NCBI GenBank assembly: GCA_028873925.1
Contig: JAPPNA010000037.1
Span: 518 to 64,517 of the forward strand
Origin: Bacteroidota bacterium
Lineage (GTDB): Bacteria; Bacteroidota; Rhodothermia; Rhodothermales; Bin80
Length of the DNA stretch: 64,000 nt
Reading direction: 5' to 3'
Both the position numbers and the translations under genes were made by a program. The notes beneath the pieces were generated by a model. The model was not told the DNA's origin and made no database searches. It saw only the letters and a program-made list of their open reading frames with translations. Shown here in pieces: positions 38,314 through 48,120 of the stretch. Position 1 is the stretch's first letter; each line of letters starts with the position of its first letter.

Positions 38314-38862
38314 ATGCCCGATCTCGGCCGTTTCTGGACTGTTTCCAATGTGCTGAGCCTCTCGCGGCTGCCGGCCGCCGCTGGCTGTATGGGGGTGATC
38401 CTGGCAGAGGGCCCGGTGGTCTGGAGCCTGGGACTCATTCTACTGGCCGCCATGACCGACTGGCTGGACGGAGCCATCGCACGCTGGTCCGGTACGGTCA
38501 CCGAATGGGGCAAAGTACTGGATCCGGTCTGTGACAAGATCGCCGCAGCAGGTGTTGGTCTGATTCTTGCATTTAAGGGCCTGTTACCGGTCTGGTTTAT
38601 CGTGCTGGTGGTGGCGCGTGATATGCTGCTGATCGCAGGAAGCGTGTGGCTTCACCGACAGGTCGGATCCGTTCATGTGAGCAATACACTTGGAAAAGTC
38701 ACGGTATTCGCAGTTGCCATTACGTTCGTAATGGGCCTGCTTCGGGCGGATGCGGTGGTGATGGATTTCTTCCTTTGGACCGGCTCAGGACTGATTGTGC
38801 TGTCTCTGGGCACCTATATTTTGCGATTCATAGCCATTGCTCGTGCTGATGGGACTGTTTGA
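38314..38862 (+). CDS. CDP-alcohol phosphatidyltransferase family protein
   Basis: DWLDGAIARWSGTVTEWGKVLDPVCDKI matches DG(x)2AR(x)8G(x)3D(x)3D. Polytopic membrane protein. Confidence 0.85.
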   Translation: MPDLGRFWTVSNVLSLSRLPAAAGCMGVILAEGPVVWSLGLILLAAMTDWLDGAIARWSGTVTEWGKVLDPVCDKIAAAGVGLILAFKGLLPVWFIVLVVARDMLLIAGSVWLHRQVGSVHVSNTLGKVTVFAVAITFVMGLLRADAVVMDFFLWTGSGLIVLSLGTYILRFIAIARADGTV

Positions 38863-39799
38863 CCGATTCAGAAGGAAGGATCAGGAGCGGCTTGAGGAAG
38901 GGCTCTCCAGGACCCGCACGGGCCTGATGACCAAGCTGAACAGGCTGGTCCGCGGGCGCCGGACGATCGACGAAGATGTACTTGATGACCTTGAAGAGGC
39001 CCTCATTACCAGTGATGTGGGGGTTGCCACGACGCTTAACATCATTGACCGTATTCGGGAGCGGGTCGCGCGTGACCGGTATCTCTCCCCGGAAGAACTC
39101 CGCAGCCTGATCAGGGACGAAATCGCCCATCTCCTGCTTGCGCGCGAGCCGGGCCGCCCGGCGGATTTTGATGCTCCACTGCCGAACAAACCCCATGTGG
39201 TCATGGTGGTGGGAGTCAACGGTGTCGGCAAAACCACCACTATCGGCAAGATCGCATGGCGCTACCGGCAGGCGGGGCGATCGGTGCTGATCGGGGCCGC
39301 GGACACGTTTCGGGCCGCCGCCATTGAACAGCTGCAGGTCTGGGCCGAACGGGCGGATGTACCCCTGATCAGGCAAAAGCACGGCGCGGATCCGGCAGCT
39401 GTGGCTTTTGACACGGTCCAGGCTGCCGCCAAGCGCGATATGGATGTCGCCATCATTGACACCGCCGGACGCCTCCACACCAAGAGCGGCCTCATGGATG
39501 AGCTGGCCAAGATCCGGCGCGTCATGGGGCGCCAGGTCAAAGGGGCACCCCATGAGGTACTCCTCGTGCTGGACGCGTCGATCGGCCAGAATGCAATCCG
39601 CCAGGCAGAGGAGTTTACGCGCAGCGTCCAGGTAACCGGACTGGTGATGACGAAACTTGACGGCACCGCCAAAGGCGGCGTAATCATCGGCATCTCCAAC
39701 GAATTCAACATTCCCGTGAAGTACATTGGTATCGGTGAGCGGTTGGAGGATCTGCAGGTCTTTGACCGCCAGCAATTCGTACAGGCACTTTCTCTATGA
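38837..39799 (+). CDS. ftsY: signal recognition particle receptor FtsY
   Basis: SRP GTPase NG domain with GVNGVGKTTTIGKIA, DTAGRL and TKLDGTAKGG. Confidence 0.95.
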   Translation: MLVLMGLFDRFRRKDQERLEEGLSRTRTGLMTKLNRLVRGRRTIDEDVLDDLEEALITSDVGVATTLNIIDRIRERVARDRYLSPEELRSLIRDEIAHLLLAREPGRPADFDAPLPNKPHVVMVVGVNGVGKTTTIGKIAWRYRQAGRSVLIGAADTFRAAAIEQLQVWAERADVPLIRQKHGADPAAVAFDTVQAAAKRDMDVAIIDTAGRLHTKSGLMDELAKIRRVMGRQVKGAPHEVLLVLDASIGQNAIRQAEEFTRSVQVTGLVMTKLDGTAKGGVIIGISNEFNIPVKYIGIGERLEDLQVFDRQQFVQALSL

Positions 39800-41097
39800 T
39801 CACACTGAAGACCGTGCGCCGGACCGGATGGCTGTGCGTCGCTGGCGCAATTGTGCTTTGTGCGTTTATTCCCCCGATGGCCCGTGCACAATGGGCGCAG
39901 TCCAGAGCGGAATTTGAGGCCGTAGCCGTGAGCCTGCGCAATGACGCGAATCCCGCGTCCGGGCGGCTGGATCTGTATGTTCAGGTGCCGTTTTCCAAAC
40001 TGGAATTTACAAGCGGCCCCGACGGATTCGCCGCCAGCTACTCCATTCGGGCGGAAGTCAGCCTGCTGGATGAACAGGGCCGCCCGCTATCGGTGATCCA
40101 GGCTCCGGTCTGGGAGCAGTCCCTGACCATCCCGGTACACGCGGAAACCCGGTCCGCCTCCCGGTTTGATCTGACCACGCACACCCTGCTGTTGGATCCG
40201 GGATCCTATCTGATCGCGGTCCAACTGTCCGACCTGGTTTCGCGCAGGAATTTCTTTCTGGAAATCGCCTCCAGGGTGCGGCGCTTTGATGCCCCGCTGG
40301 GGCTGAGTGATATCGTGCTGCTGGATGATGTAAAGGCTGAGGGGCAGTCGCTCACGCCCCGCCTGTCCCAGGATATTGCCCCGAATGCGACGCAACTGCC
40401 GTTCCACTACGAGGTGTACGCGGATGCGGATCAGACGATTGTTCTGACCGAAGAGTTGCGACTGCGCCCGGGCATTCCGCCGGTGTTTGCTGTGTCGGAT
40501 ACGGTCCATGTGGCCATCGGACGCCACCACCGCGTCAGCGCAGTACCGACCGACAGGCTGGAGCGCGGCCGATATCAGTTGATGGTCTCACTTTTGGATG
40601 GTGCAGGTCGCAGGATGGCTTCGGTCTCGCAGCTCGTGGCCGCGCGCTGGTCCGGCCTGGACACCTCGCTGTACAATCTGGACGAAGCCATTGCGCAATT
40701 GGCCTATGTTGCGTCGGGGCGCGAAATTGGGGCCATCCGACGGGCCCCCACGGAAGCGGAACGCCTGCTGCTGTTCCAGGAATTCTGGCGCAAACAGGAT
40801 CCCACGCCCGGCACTGACCGCAATGAGCGCATGGAGGAGCACTATTACCGCATCAATTACGCCAATCGCCATTTCGGACGCAATGCGCCGGGGTGGCTGA
40901 CGGATCGGGGGCAGGTCTTTGTGCTGCATGGTCCCCCGGAAGATGTCCAGCGGCAGGTCTACAGCTACAACAACCGGCCTTGGGAAATGTGGTACTACTA
41001 CAGTATCGGCCGCCAGTTTGTCTTTGTGGATCGGACCGGATTTGGGGACTATGAACTTGTCGTGCCGATGTGGGATGACCGCACCCGCCTTGACTGA
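39796..41097 (+). CDS. GWxTD domain-containing protein
   Basis: The C-terminal region contains GWLTDRGQVFVLHGPPEDV and DRTGFGDYELV, the GWxTD hallmark. An N-terminal signal/TM segment is present. Confidence 0.8.
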   Translation: MITLKTVRRTGWLCVAGAIVLCAFIPPMARAQWAQSRAEFEAVAVSLRNDANPASGRLDLYVQVPFSKLEFTSGPDGFAASYSIRAEVSLLDEQGRPLSVIQAPVWEQSLTIPVHAETRSASRFDLTTHTLLLDPGSYLIAVQLSDLVSRRNFFLEIASRVRRFDAPLGLSDIVLLDDVKAEGQSLTPRLSQDIAPNATQLPFHYEVYADADQTIVLTEELRLRPGIPPVFAVSDTVHVAIGRHHRVSAVPTDRLERGRYQLMVSLLDGAGRRMASVSQLVAARWSGLDTSLYNLDEAIAQLAYVASGREIGAIRRAPTEAERLLLFQEFWRKQDPTPGTDRNERMEEHYYRINYANRHFGRNAPGWLTDRGQVFVLHGPPEDVQRQVYSYNNRPWEMWYYYSIGRQFVFVDRTGFGDYELVVPMWDDRTRLD

Positions 41098-42022
41098 TGC
41101 GCCTCGCGTGCTCTTTATGGGCACGCCGGCATTTGCCGTTCCCTCCCTGCAGGTGCTCTGCGAAAACGGCTTCACACCTGCAGCCATCGTCACCGGCCCG
41201 GATCGTCGGCGCGGGCGCGGGCGCAGGTCAGCGCCTACCGCCATCCGCACGGCCGCACATGACTTGGGAATTGGCCGTGTGCTGCAGCCGGAAGATGTAA
41301 AGGATGCCGACTTTGCGCGCGAGGTGTGCCGATTGGCCTGTGATATCCAGGTGGTGGTGGCATTCAGGATTCTGCCGCGGGCGGTCTTCCGCGAAGCCAG
41401 GCTTGGAGCTTTCAATCTGCATGCTTCGCTGCTGCCGAGGTACCGGGGGGCCGCCCCCATCAACAGGGCGCTCATGGCCGGGGAGCAGACCACCGGGGTA
41501 ACCACATTTTTTCTGGCCGAGCGGGTTGACACCGGGAACATGATCCTGCAGTGGTCCACCCACATTGACGCGAACGAGACTGCCGGAGAGCTGCATGACC
41601 GATTGTCCCGCCTTGGGGCACGCGCGGTGCTGGAAACGGTTCGCCGCATTGCGTCGGACCGCGCCGGCAGGGTGCTGCAGAACCCCGCAGCCGCCACCGC
41701 GGCACCCAAAATATTCCGCCATGACTGCCGCATCAACTGGCATTTGTCCGCGCAGGTGCTGCATAACCACTGCCGAGGGCTCTCCCCGCGCCCGGGGGCT
41801 TGGACAATGTGGCAGGGCCGTCTGGTCAAGGTGCTCAATACGCGCGTGTGCGAAGGCACCGGTGAGCCCGGCACGGTAGTGGCCGCAGATACGCGCCTGG
41901 CGGTGGCCTGCGGTGCGGCGGCATTGGAAATCCGCGAGTTGCAGCTTCAGGGCAAACGGCGACTTCCAGCCGGGGCTTTCCTGCGCGGACACCCGATTAC
42001 GCCTGGAGACCGGCTGGAGTGA
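41075..42022 (+). CDS. fmt: methionyl-tRNA formyltransferase
   Basis: RVLFMGTPAFAVPSL, the HASLLPRYRGAAPIN SLLP motif, and a C-terminal domain. The start is set at the internal ATG at 41075, which overlaps the upstream gene by 23 nt. Confidence 0.92.
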   Translation: MTAPALTDAPRVLFMGTPAFAVPSLQVLCENGFTPAAIVTGPDRRRGRGRRSAPTAIRTAAHDLGIGRVLQPEDVKDADFAREVCRLACDIQVVVAFRILPRAVFREARLGAFNLHASLLPRYRGAAPINRALMAGEQTTGVTTFFLAERVDTGNMILQWSTHIDANETAGELHDRLSRLGARAVLETVRRIASDRAGRVLQNPAAATAAPKIFRHDCRINWHLSAQVLHNHCRGLSPRPGAWTMWQGRLVKVLNTRVCEGTGEPGTVVAADTRLAVACGAAALEIRELQLQGKRRLPAGAFLRGHPITPGDRLE

Positions 42023-42077
42023 ACATGGTCAGTCTGTACGCGTACTTGGGCCGTTTGAACAGACCAATCTTCAGCTG

Positions 42078-43070
42078 ATGTCGTTCGACATGTCTCGCGT
42101 GAGCGAGCAGGTGCGGGCCCATTCCGCATTCCTGGATGATATACGGGCCGAACTCAAAGTTGTGATTGTCGGCCAGCAGTATATGGTGGAGCGCCTGCTG
42201 ATCGGTCTGCTGGCCTCCGGGCATGTCCTGCTGGAAGGGGTGCCGGGTCTGGCAAAGACGCTGACGGTAAGCTCGTTGGCCCGCACCATCGGCACGGCCT
42301 TCCAGCGGATTCAGTTTACCCCGGACCTGCTGCCGGCGGACCTTCTCGGCACGCTGATTTACAACCAGAAGGAGGGCAGCTTCTCGATCAAGAAGGGCCC
42401 GTTGTTCTCCAACATCATTCTGGCAGACGAAATCAACCGCTCTCCCGCAAAAGTGCAAAGCGCACTGCTGGAAAGCATGCAGGAGCGGCAGATCACTATC
42501 GGGGACACCACATTTGCGCTTCAGGAGCCGTTCCTGGTACTGGCCACCCAGAATCCCATAGAGCAGGAAGGCACCTATCCGCTGCCCGAAGCCCAAGTGG
42601 ACCGTTTTATGCTCAAGATCCGGGTCAGCTATCCGTCGCGGGACGAAGAACTGACCATTATGCGCCGCATGGCCCGAACGGATCCGAACACTGATGTGCG
42701 AAGAGTCGTTAACCCCGACCATATCCTGATGGCGCGGCCGGTGTTGAACGAGCTCTACATGGACGAGCGTGTGGAAAACTATATCGTGGACCTCGTGCTG
42801 GCCACCCGTGACCCGCAGCAATACAATCTGGCCCGGCTCGCACCCTTTATTGATTTTGGTGCTTCGCCCAGAGCCACCATCAATCTTAACCTGGCTGCCC
42901 GGGCGCACGCATTTTTGTCTCACCGGGCCTATGTGACCCCCGAAGATGTACGCTCCGTCGCGCTCGATGTCCTGCGTCACCGCGTTATGATCTCCTATGA
43001 GGCAGAAGCGGAGGATATGGAGTCCGACACGGTGATTCAGCGCATCCTGGAGTCTATTGAAGTGCCCTGA
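42078..43070 (+). CDS. MoxR-family AAA+ ATPase
   Basis: HVLLEGVPGLAKT (Walker A), ILADEINR (Walker B) and VLATQNP. The start is at the internal ATG at 42078. Confidence 0.9.
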   Translation: MSFDMSRVSEQVRAHSAFLDDIRAELKVVIVGQQYMVERLLIGLLASGHVLLEGVPGLAKTLTVSSLARTIGTAFQRIQFTPDLLPADLLGTLIYNQKEGSFSIKKGPLFSNIILADEINRSPAKVQSALLESMQERQITIGDTTFALQEPFLVLATQNPIEQEGTYPLPEAQVDRFMLKIRVSYPSRDEELTIMRRMARTDPNTDVRRVVNPDHILMARPVLNELYMDERVENYIVDLVLATRDPQQYNLARLAPFIDFGASPRATINLNLAARAHAFLSHRAYVTPEDVRSVALDVLRHRVMISYEAEAEDMESDTVIQRILESIEVP

Positions 43071-43223
43071 GTCAACCCGCCGCGGCTTTTCGGATAATTC
43101 CGCAGAAATGCAGCAGATTAGCTTTCTTTGTGCTATATTGCAACGGTTCGGAGCTTTTGGGGTAAGGAAGAACGCAGTACGCTGCGCTCTTGCGCGTAAT
43201 ACTGAGCTGAAAGGCCTTGGGGC

Positions 43224-44189
43224 ATGAGGAAGCTTTACTTTGATCCGGAATCGCTTGGTTTCAGGCGGAGTCCCCGCCGGTGGTGGAGACAGATTATGGT
43301 GCTTACAGCGGTATGTCTGGCCGCGGCTTTCGGGCTGGCTGTCACCATGAATCTGCTTTCTGTGTCGCCGACGGAGCTGGCGTACAAGTCTGAAAACCAG
43401 GCTCTCCGGGACCAACTGGCCGCGTCCCAGGAGCGTATTGATCAGTTCGGAATAGCGCTGGACGAGCTTGCTGAAAATGATCGTGAGCTGTATCGGGTTA
43501 TTCTGCAGGCGGATGAGGTTTCCGATGACATCCTTCAGGTGGGTACCGGCGGCGTTGACCCGTACGCGGAGTTTGACCGTTTCCGCCAGCCTGCGGCCCG
43601 TCTTCTGCGGCATTCGGCCTCCATGCTGGATGCGTTGGAACGTCGCATTTCCCTACAGAATGCCAGCTACCGGGAATTGAACCGGCTGGCGCGGTCACGA
43701 CAGAAAGCCATGTCGGAATTGCCGACCATAAAGCCTACCTACGGGCGGATGGTTTCCCACTACGGTATGCGGATTCATCCGATCTCCAAAGTCCGGCGTC
43801 CCCATCTGGGCATTGATTTCACAACGCCGACGGGTACCCCGGTGTTTGCCGCCGGAGATGGCGTGGTTCATGTTGTTGACTATTCTCCTACCGGGTACGG
43901 CCATTATATCGTGCTGGAACACAGGGAAGCTGGTTTCCGCACACTGTATGCCCATTTGAGTCAGATTGCACCGGGTATCGCCGAAGGCCGGCGCGTCCGA
44001 CGAGGCGAAGAAATTGCGCTTACCGGCAACACGGGCTTTTCCGCGGGTCCCCATCTGCATTATGAGGTACGTGATCTGGAGGACCGTACCTTCAACCCCA
44101 GACACTTCATCATCAACCTGCCTCCAGAGGAGTTCAGGCAGCTGATCAACGACGCTAATTCCGATGTGCTGGTCGCATCCATGGATTAG
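43224..44189 (+). CDS. M23 family metallopeptidase (LytM-type) with an N-terminal TM anchor and coiled coil
   Basis: HLGIDFTTPTGTPVFAAGDGVV and GPHLHYEV zinc-ligand motifs. Confidence 0.9.
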   Translation: MRKLYFDPESLGFRRSPRRWWRQIMVLTAVCLAAAFGLAVTMNLLSVSPTELAYKSENQALRDQLAASQERIDQFGIALDELAENDRELYRVILQADEVSDDILQVGTGGVDPYAEFDRFRQPAARLLRHSASMLDALERRISLQNASYRELNRLARSRQKAMSELPTIKPTYGRMVSHYGMRIHPISKVRRPHLGIDFTTPTGTPVFAAGDGVVHVVDYSPTGYGHYIVLEHREAGFRTLYAHLSQIAPGIAEGRRVRRGEEIALTGNTGFSAGPHLHYEVRDLEDRTFNPRHFIINLPPEEFRQLINDANSDVLVASMD

Positions 44190-44281
44190 CGGCACATTGG
44201 TGTGTTTTTGCGTAAACTCGCAGCCGAGTTTGTAGTATTCTTGCGCTGGAATCAGTTTTGATCACTTGAATTACGCAAAAG

Positions 44282-44503
44282 ATGGGATACTGGACGCTTG
44301 AGCTGGCCTCGTGGCTGGACGACGCGCCGTGGCCGGCCACCCAGGAAGAGTTGATCGACTATGCCGATCGCTCGGGTGCGCCGCACGAAGTCATTGAGAA
44401 TCTGGAGGAGCTTGAAGACGAGGGGGAGCCGTATGAAAGTATGATGGAAATCTGGCCGGATTATCCCACAGCTGACGACGACTTCTACTTCCTGGACGAA
44501 TAG
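44282..44503 (+). CDS. DUF2795 domain protein
   Basis: 73 aa with WPATQEELIDYADRSGAPHEVIENLEEL, typical of DUF2795. Confidence 0.7.
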   Translation: MGYWTLELASWLDDAPWPATQEELIDYADRSGAPHEVIENLEELEDEGEPYESMMEIWPDYPTADDDFYFLDE

Positions 44504-44609
44504 TGCGCGGGGCAGGCGGTGGCTGACCGCGATCGTCTGTGTTGCCTTCCTGATCGGGGAGCACCCGTGCACTGGACAAACTGCGGAAGCGGGAATTCTG
44601 GTTGAAGAT

Positions 44610-46892
44610 GTGCGGTTCTCCGGTGATCTCCAGTTTTCTGCGGAGCGGCTTCAAAGTCGCGTCCGAACTGTTCCCAACCGACGTTTTTTGGGCATTCGCG
44701 GATTCACCTGGTGGCGCTGGCTGTATCAGGCCGGTGAAGCCAATACCTTCGGGCGGCGGCTGGGGCGGGCCCTGATGGATCTCGGTGAGCCGCCAGCCCG
44801 GCTTGACCTGGAAGTCCTCGCCTCGGATGTTCAGCAGCTACGGCTGTTCTATCAGCGCGAAGGCTTCCGGCAGGCGGATGTGGAGGCCCGTGTGGACACG
44901 ACCGCTGACGGACAGGGAGCCGACATCACCATTGCAATCAAAGCGGGCCCCCCGACCATGGTCCGGCGTGTGTCCTATTCGGGATTGGACAGCCTCACGG
45001 CTGAACATCGCACACAGCTGCTGACCCGGTCTGCCCTGATTTCCGATGAAGGGGCTGCCCGCCGGCGGTTTTCTGAGCTTGAACTGCTCGATGAGCGACG
45101 GTATCTGCTGACGAATCTGCGCGACATTGGGTATGCGGCCGTTACGCGGGATTCCATTGCCGCTATTGTCACCCCTGCCCCCGGAGATTCCTTTGACGTT
45201 GAATTTCGGATCAGTCCGGGCCCCAGATTTCGGTTCGGCCCGGTGCACTTCGTGGTTGACGGACCGGACGACGCGGCCGCGACCCGCGCCGATACGCTTC
45301 AGCTGCCGGATTCCGATGGCGGGCTGATTACGTTCCACATCGAGGGAGACCCCCGCCTGAAACAGTCGCTGCTGCTGAGGGCACTGCAGGCGTATCCGGG
45401 GCATTGGTTCAATCAGGGGCAGCTGCTGACCACGAAACGTCGGCTGGAAGCGACGGGGGTCTTTACGCTGACCGATATCGCCTCTCTGTCCCCTGCCGGC
45501 GGCCGACTGCCCCACAGAATCACGGTACGCGTACGGCCCCGACACCAGTTTCGGCTGGAAACCTTTGTGCTCCAGAGCAGCGGAGTCCTGGGAGGTGTGG
45601 GCAACGAGCTTGGTGCCGGGCTCGGCGTGACCTATGAGAATGCCAATCTGTTCGGTAATGGAGAGGGCCTGCGGCTTTCCGGGACAGGATCCGTCGCGAC
45701 CGATGTGGACACCACCTTTTTCTCCTCCGCCGTGGCGGAAGTGTCCGCCACGATGACCCTGCCCTACCTGGTTTGGCCCTTCCGCTACGCGGATACGGGA
45801 GCGGGCCTGTTCCAGACCCGCTCCATATTCAGTGTCAGCTATCTGACGGCCCGCCGTGAAGACGTAAGACTCATCATTCGCGGTCGCGGATCCGCACGCA
45901 TTCGGCAGGAGTTCCGCCATACGCCTACGATCACCTCCACCGTGGATTTGTTTGACTTGAGTCTGAGCCAGCCCGACACCCTTCAGGGGTTTCAGACCCG
46001 GTTTCTTGATCGCATCTTTGCAGATACGCTGCAGGTGGTTGACCCCGTGCAGCGCGCACAGATTCTTGAAGACTATACGCAGCCCCAGATCAACAACGCG
46101 ATCCGCTACACATTCCGCTCGGAAACCGCCAACCCGCTCCGCCGCGACGCGGGCTACAGCTATGAGGCGGCCATCGAAATCGGCGGCAACCTTCCGTATA
46201 TGCTGGACCGTTATGTGTCCACCCCTTCGGTCACCGAAGGCAGCCTGCAGCTGCTCAGCGGCACCAGTTCGCGTGTGAACTACCGGCAGTATTTCAGAAT
46301 TGTGGGTGATTTCCGCAAATACTACCAGATGGGCACCTCCGGGGTATTGGCGCTTAAATTCGTAGGGGGGTGGGCGCAGCCGGTGGGCGGTTCAACGGTG
46401 GTACCGTTTGACCGCCGTTTCTACAGCGGGGGCGCATCCAGCGTGCGCGGCTGGCGGCTGCGGCAGCTGGGGCCGGGTACCGCCAGCTTCAGTGATCCGG
46501 CGGCCCGGGGAGCGGCCGCCACCAACCTGCTCGGAGGGGACATCAAGCTTGAGTCCAGCATTGAGCTGCGTCAGACCGTATTGCGCAGCCGGCTTGGGGC
46601 TGATTGGATATTTGCGCTTTTCACCGATGCTGGCAACGTTTGGTTCGGCCCCAGACATCCCGGCTTTCCTGCGACGGATCAAGACAGCCCCACCGGGCGG
46701 TTTCTTCTGCGACGCGTCTTCAGGGAAACCGGCCTGGGCAGCGGGCTGGGGCTCCGAATTGGCTGGCCGTATCTGATCGCCCGGGTGGATGTGGCCTGGC
46801 GCGTATATGACCCAGCGGTGCCGGAGCAGGGACTGCTGCCCAACGGATTCAGCAGCTGGGTGGCCTATTTCCGGTTCGGACATGCATTCTGA
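44610..46892 (+). CDS. BamA/TamA (Omp85, surface antigen D15) family outer-membrane protein; true start probably upstream and unresolved
   Basis: POTRA-like repeats (LRLFYQREGFRQADV) and a C-terminal beta-barrel ending in VAYFRFGHAF. The in-frame upstream sequence back to 44445 encodes a signal-peptide-like RRWLTAIVCVAFLIG, but there is no ATG, GTG or TTG. Confidence 0.85.
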   Translation: MRFSGDLQFSAERLQSRVRTVPNRRFLGIRGFTWWRWLYQAGEANTFGRRLGRALMDLGEPPARLDLEVLASDVQQLRLFYQREGFRQADVEARVDTTADGQGADITIAIKAGPPTMVRRVSYSGLDSLTAEHRTQLLTRSALISDEGAARRRFSELELLDERRYLLTNLRDIGYAAVTRDSIAAIVTPAPGDSFDVEFRISPGPRFRFGPVHFVVDGPDDAAATRADTLQLPDSDGGLITFHIEGDPRLKQSLLLRALQAYPGHWFNQGQLLTTKRRLEATGVFTLTDIASLSPAGGRLPHRITVRVRPRHQFRLETFVLQSSGVLGGVGNELGAGLGVTYENANLFGNGEGLRLSGTGSVATDVDTTFFSSAVAEVSATMTLPYLVWPFRYADTGAGLFQTRSIFSVSYLTARREDVRLIIRGRGSARIRQEFRHTPTITSTVDLFDLSLSQPDTLQGFQTRFLDRIFADTLQVVDPVQRAQILEDYTQPQINNAIRYTFRSETANPLRRDAGYSYEAAIEIGGNLPYMLDRYVSTPSVTEGSLQLLSGTSSRVNYRQYFRIVGDFRKYYQMGTSGVLALKFVGGWAQPVGGSTVVPFDRRFYSGGASSVRGWRLRQLGPGTASFSDPAARGAAATNLLGGDIKLESSIELRQTVLRSRLGADWIFALFTDAGNVWFGPRHPGFPATDQDSPTGRFLLRRVFRETGLGSGLGLRIGWPYLIARVDVAWRVYDPAVPEQGLLPNGFSSWVAYFRFGHAF

Positions 46893-46958
46893 TGGAAGAG
46901 CCTCCATGAACCAGCCCGCAGATCGTACCTTTTCCGTCATGCCAGCCTGCCGCCGATA

Positions 46959-47948
46959 ATGTCCTCAGCCAGAAAGACCGCCTTTGTCACCGGAGGCACC
47001 GGGTTTATCGGCAGTCACCTGACGGAAGCCCTGTTGCGTCGGGGTTACAAGGAAGTCCGATGCCTGATCCGCTCCAAGCCCAAGTGGCTCGCCGGACAGG
47101 ATATCGTGCCGGTGCGCGCCACGCTCATGGATCAGTCGGCCATTGCGGAGGCTGTAGCAGATGTGGATTATGTATACCACTTGGGCGGGGTTACGCGTGC
47201 CCCGACCTGGGATGCCTTGTATGAGGGCAACGTAACCGCCACACTGAATCTGCTCAGGGCCGTTGAGCTGGCCAATCCATCGGTACGCCGAGTCCTGATT
47301 ACCAGCACCCTGGCGGTCGTCGGGCGCACATCCGGCCGGACGGCCGATGAGTCCACGCCGCGCGATCCGGTTTCCCGGTACGGTCAGAGCAAAGCCGCGA
47401 TGGAGGATGCGGTTTGGAAACAGTACGGCTTGCGGCTGCCGGTAACCATGATCCGCCCTTCGTCGGTCTACGGACCGCGTGATCGGGATATCTACACTTT
47501 TTTCCAATCGGTTAATCGCGGAATCTGTCCCATGCTGCGCGGCGACCGGGGCCTATCGCTGGTCCATGCGTCGGACCTTGTCCGCGGCATCATTGATGCC
47601 GCAGAGTCCCCCGCCGCATCGGGCGAAACGTATTTTCTCGGCAGTGATCAGCGGGTATCCTGGTCCGAACTGCGTCGCGCGGCCACGACCACCCTCCAGC
47701 GCAGGGCCTTTCCTGTATACCTTCCCCGAACGCTGGTCCCCTTTTTGGGGGCGGCCAGTGAACTGCTGGGACGCATGCTTGGCCGGTATCCGCCGCTTAA
47801 TCGTGAAAAGGCCGCGGAAATCCTGCATGCGGCTAAGATCTGTTCATCCGCGAAAGCCGGCCGCGATTTCGGCTATCACCAGAAAGTGCCGCTACGCAGT
47901 GGGGTTGCAGCAACTGTGGCGTGGTACAGGTCCAAGGGCTGGCTGTAA
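46959..47948 (+). CDS. NAD-dependent epimerase/dehydratase (extended SDR) family protein
   Basis: VTGGTGFIGSHL Rossmann motif and the YGQSK catalytic YxxxK. Confidence 0.85.
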   Translation: MSSARKTAFVTGGTGFIGSHLTEALLRRGYKEVRCLIRSKPKWLAGQDIVPVRATLMDQSAIAEAVADVDYVYHLGGVTRAPTWDALYEGNVTATLNLLRAVELANPSVRRVLITSTLAVVGRTSGRTADESTPRDPVSRYGQSKAAMEDAVWKQYGLRLPVTMIRPSSVYGPRDRDIYTFFQSVNRGICPMLRGDRGLSLVHASDLVRGIIDAAESPAASGETYFLGSDQRVSWSELRRAATTTLQRRAFPVYLPRTLVPFLGAASELLGRMLGRYPPLNREKAAEILHAAKICSSAKAGRDFGYHQKVPLRSGVAATVAWYRSKGWL

Positions 47949-48120
47949 CCCCGTTGCCGCCTTGAATCCACTGCGGCCGGATCGTGTTTATAGCTGGGAT
48001 GGCTGATCCGCAGATTAGGGGGCAACAGCAGCCGCCGGCCGGCCGTGATTTGGGCATAGGTGCGGCGAATAGGTTAACTTTCCGGGACTGCTCCCACTGT
48101 TAAACTGACTTTTCAAGACC

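Noticed and set aside
42078-44189. MoxR ATPase as the head of a Bat/vWA (MoxR-DUF58-BatA-BatB) operon.
   Set aside because: The downstream gene is an M23 peptidase after a 153-bp gap. No DUF58 or vWA genes are present in the window, so no such system can be claimed.
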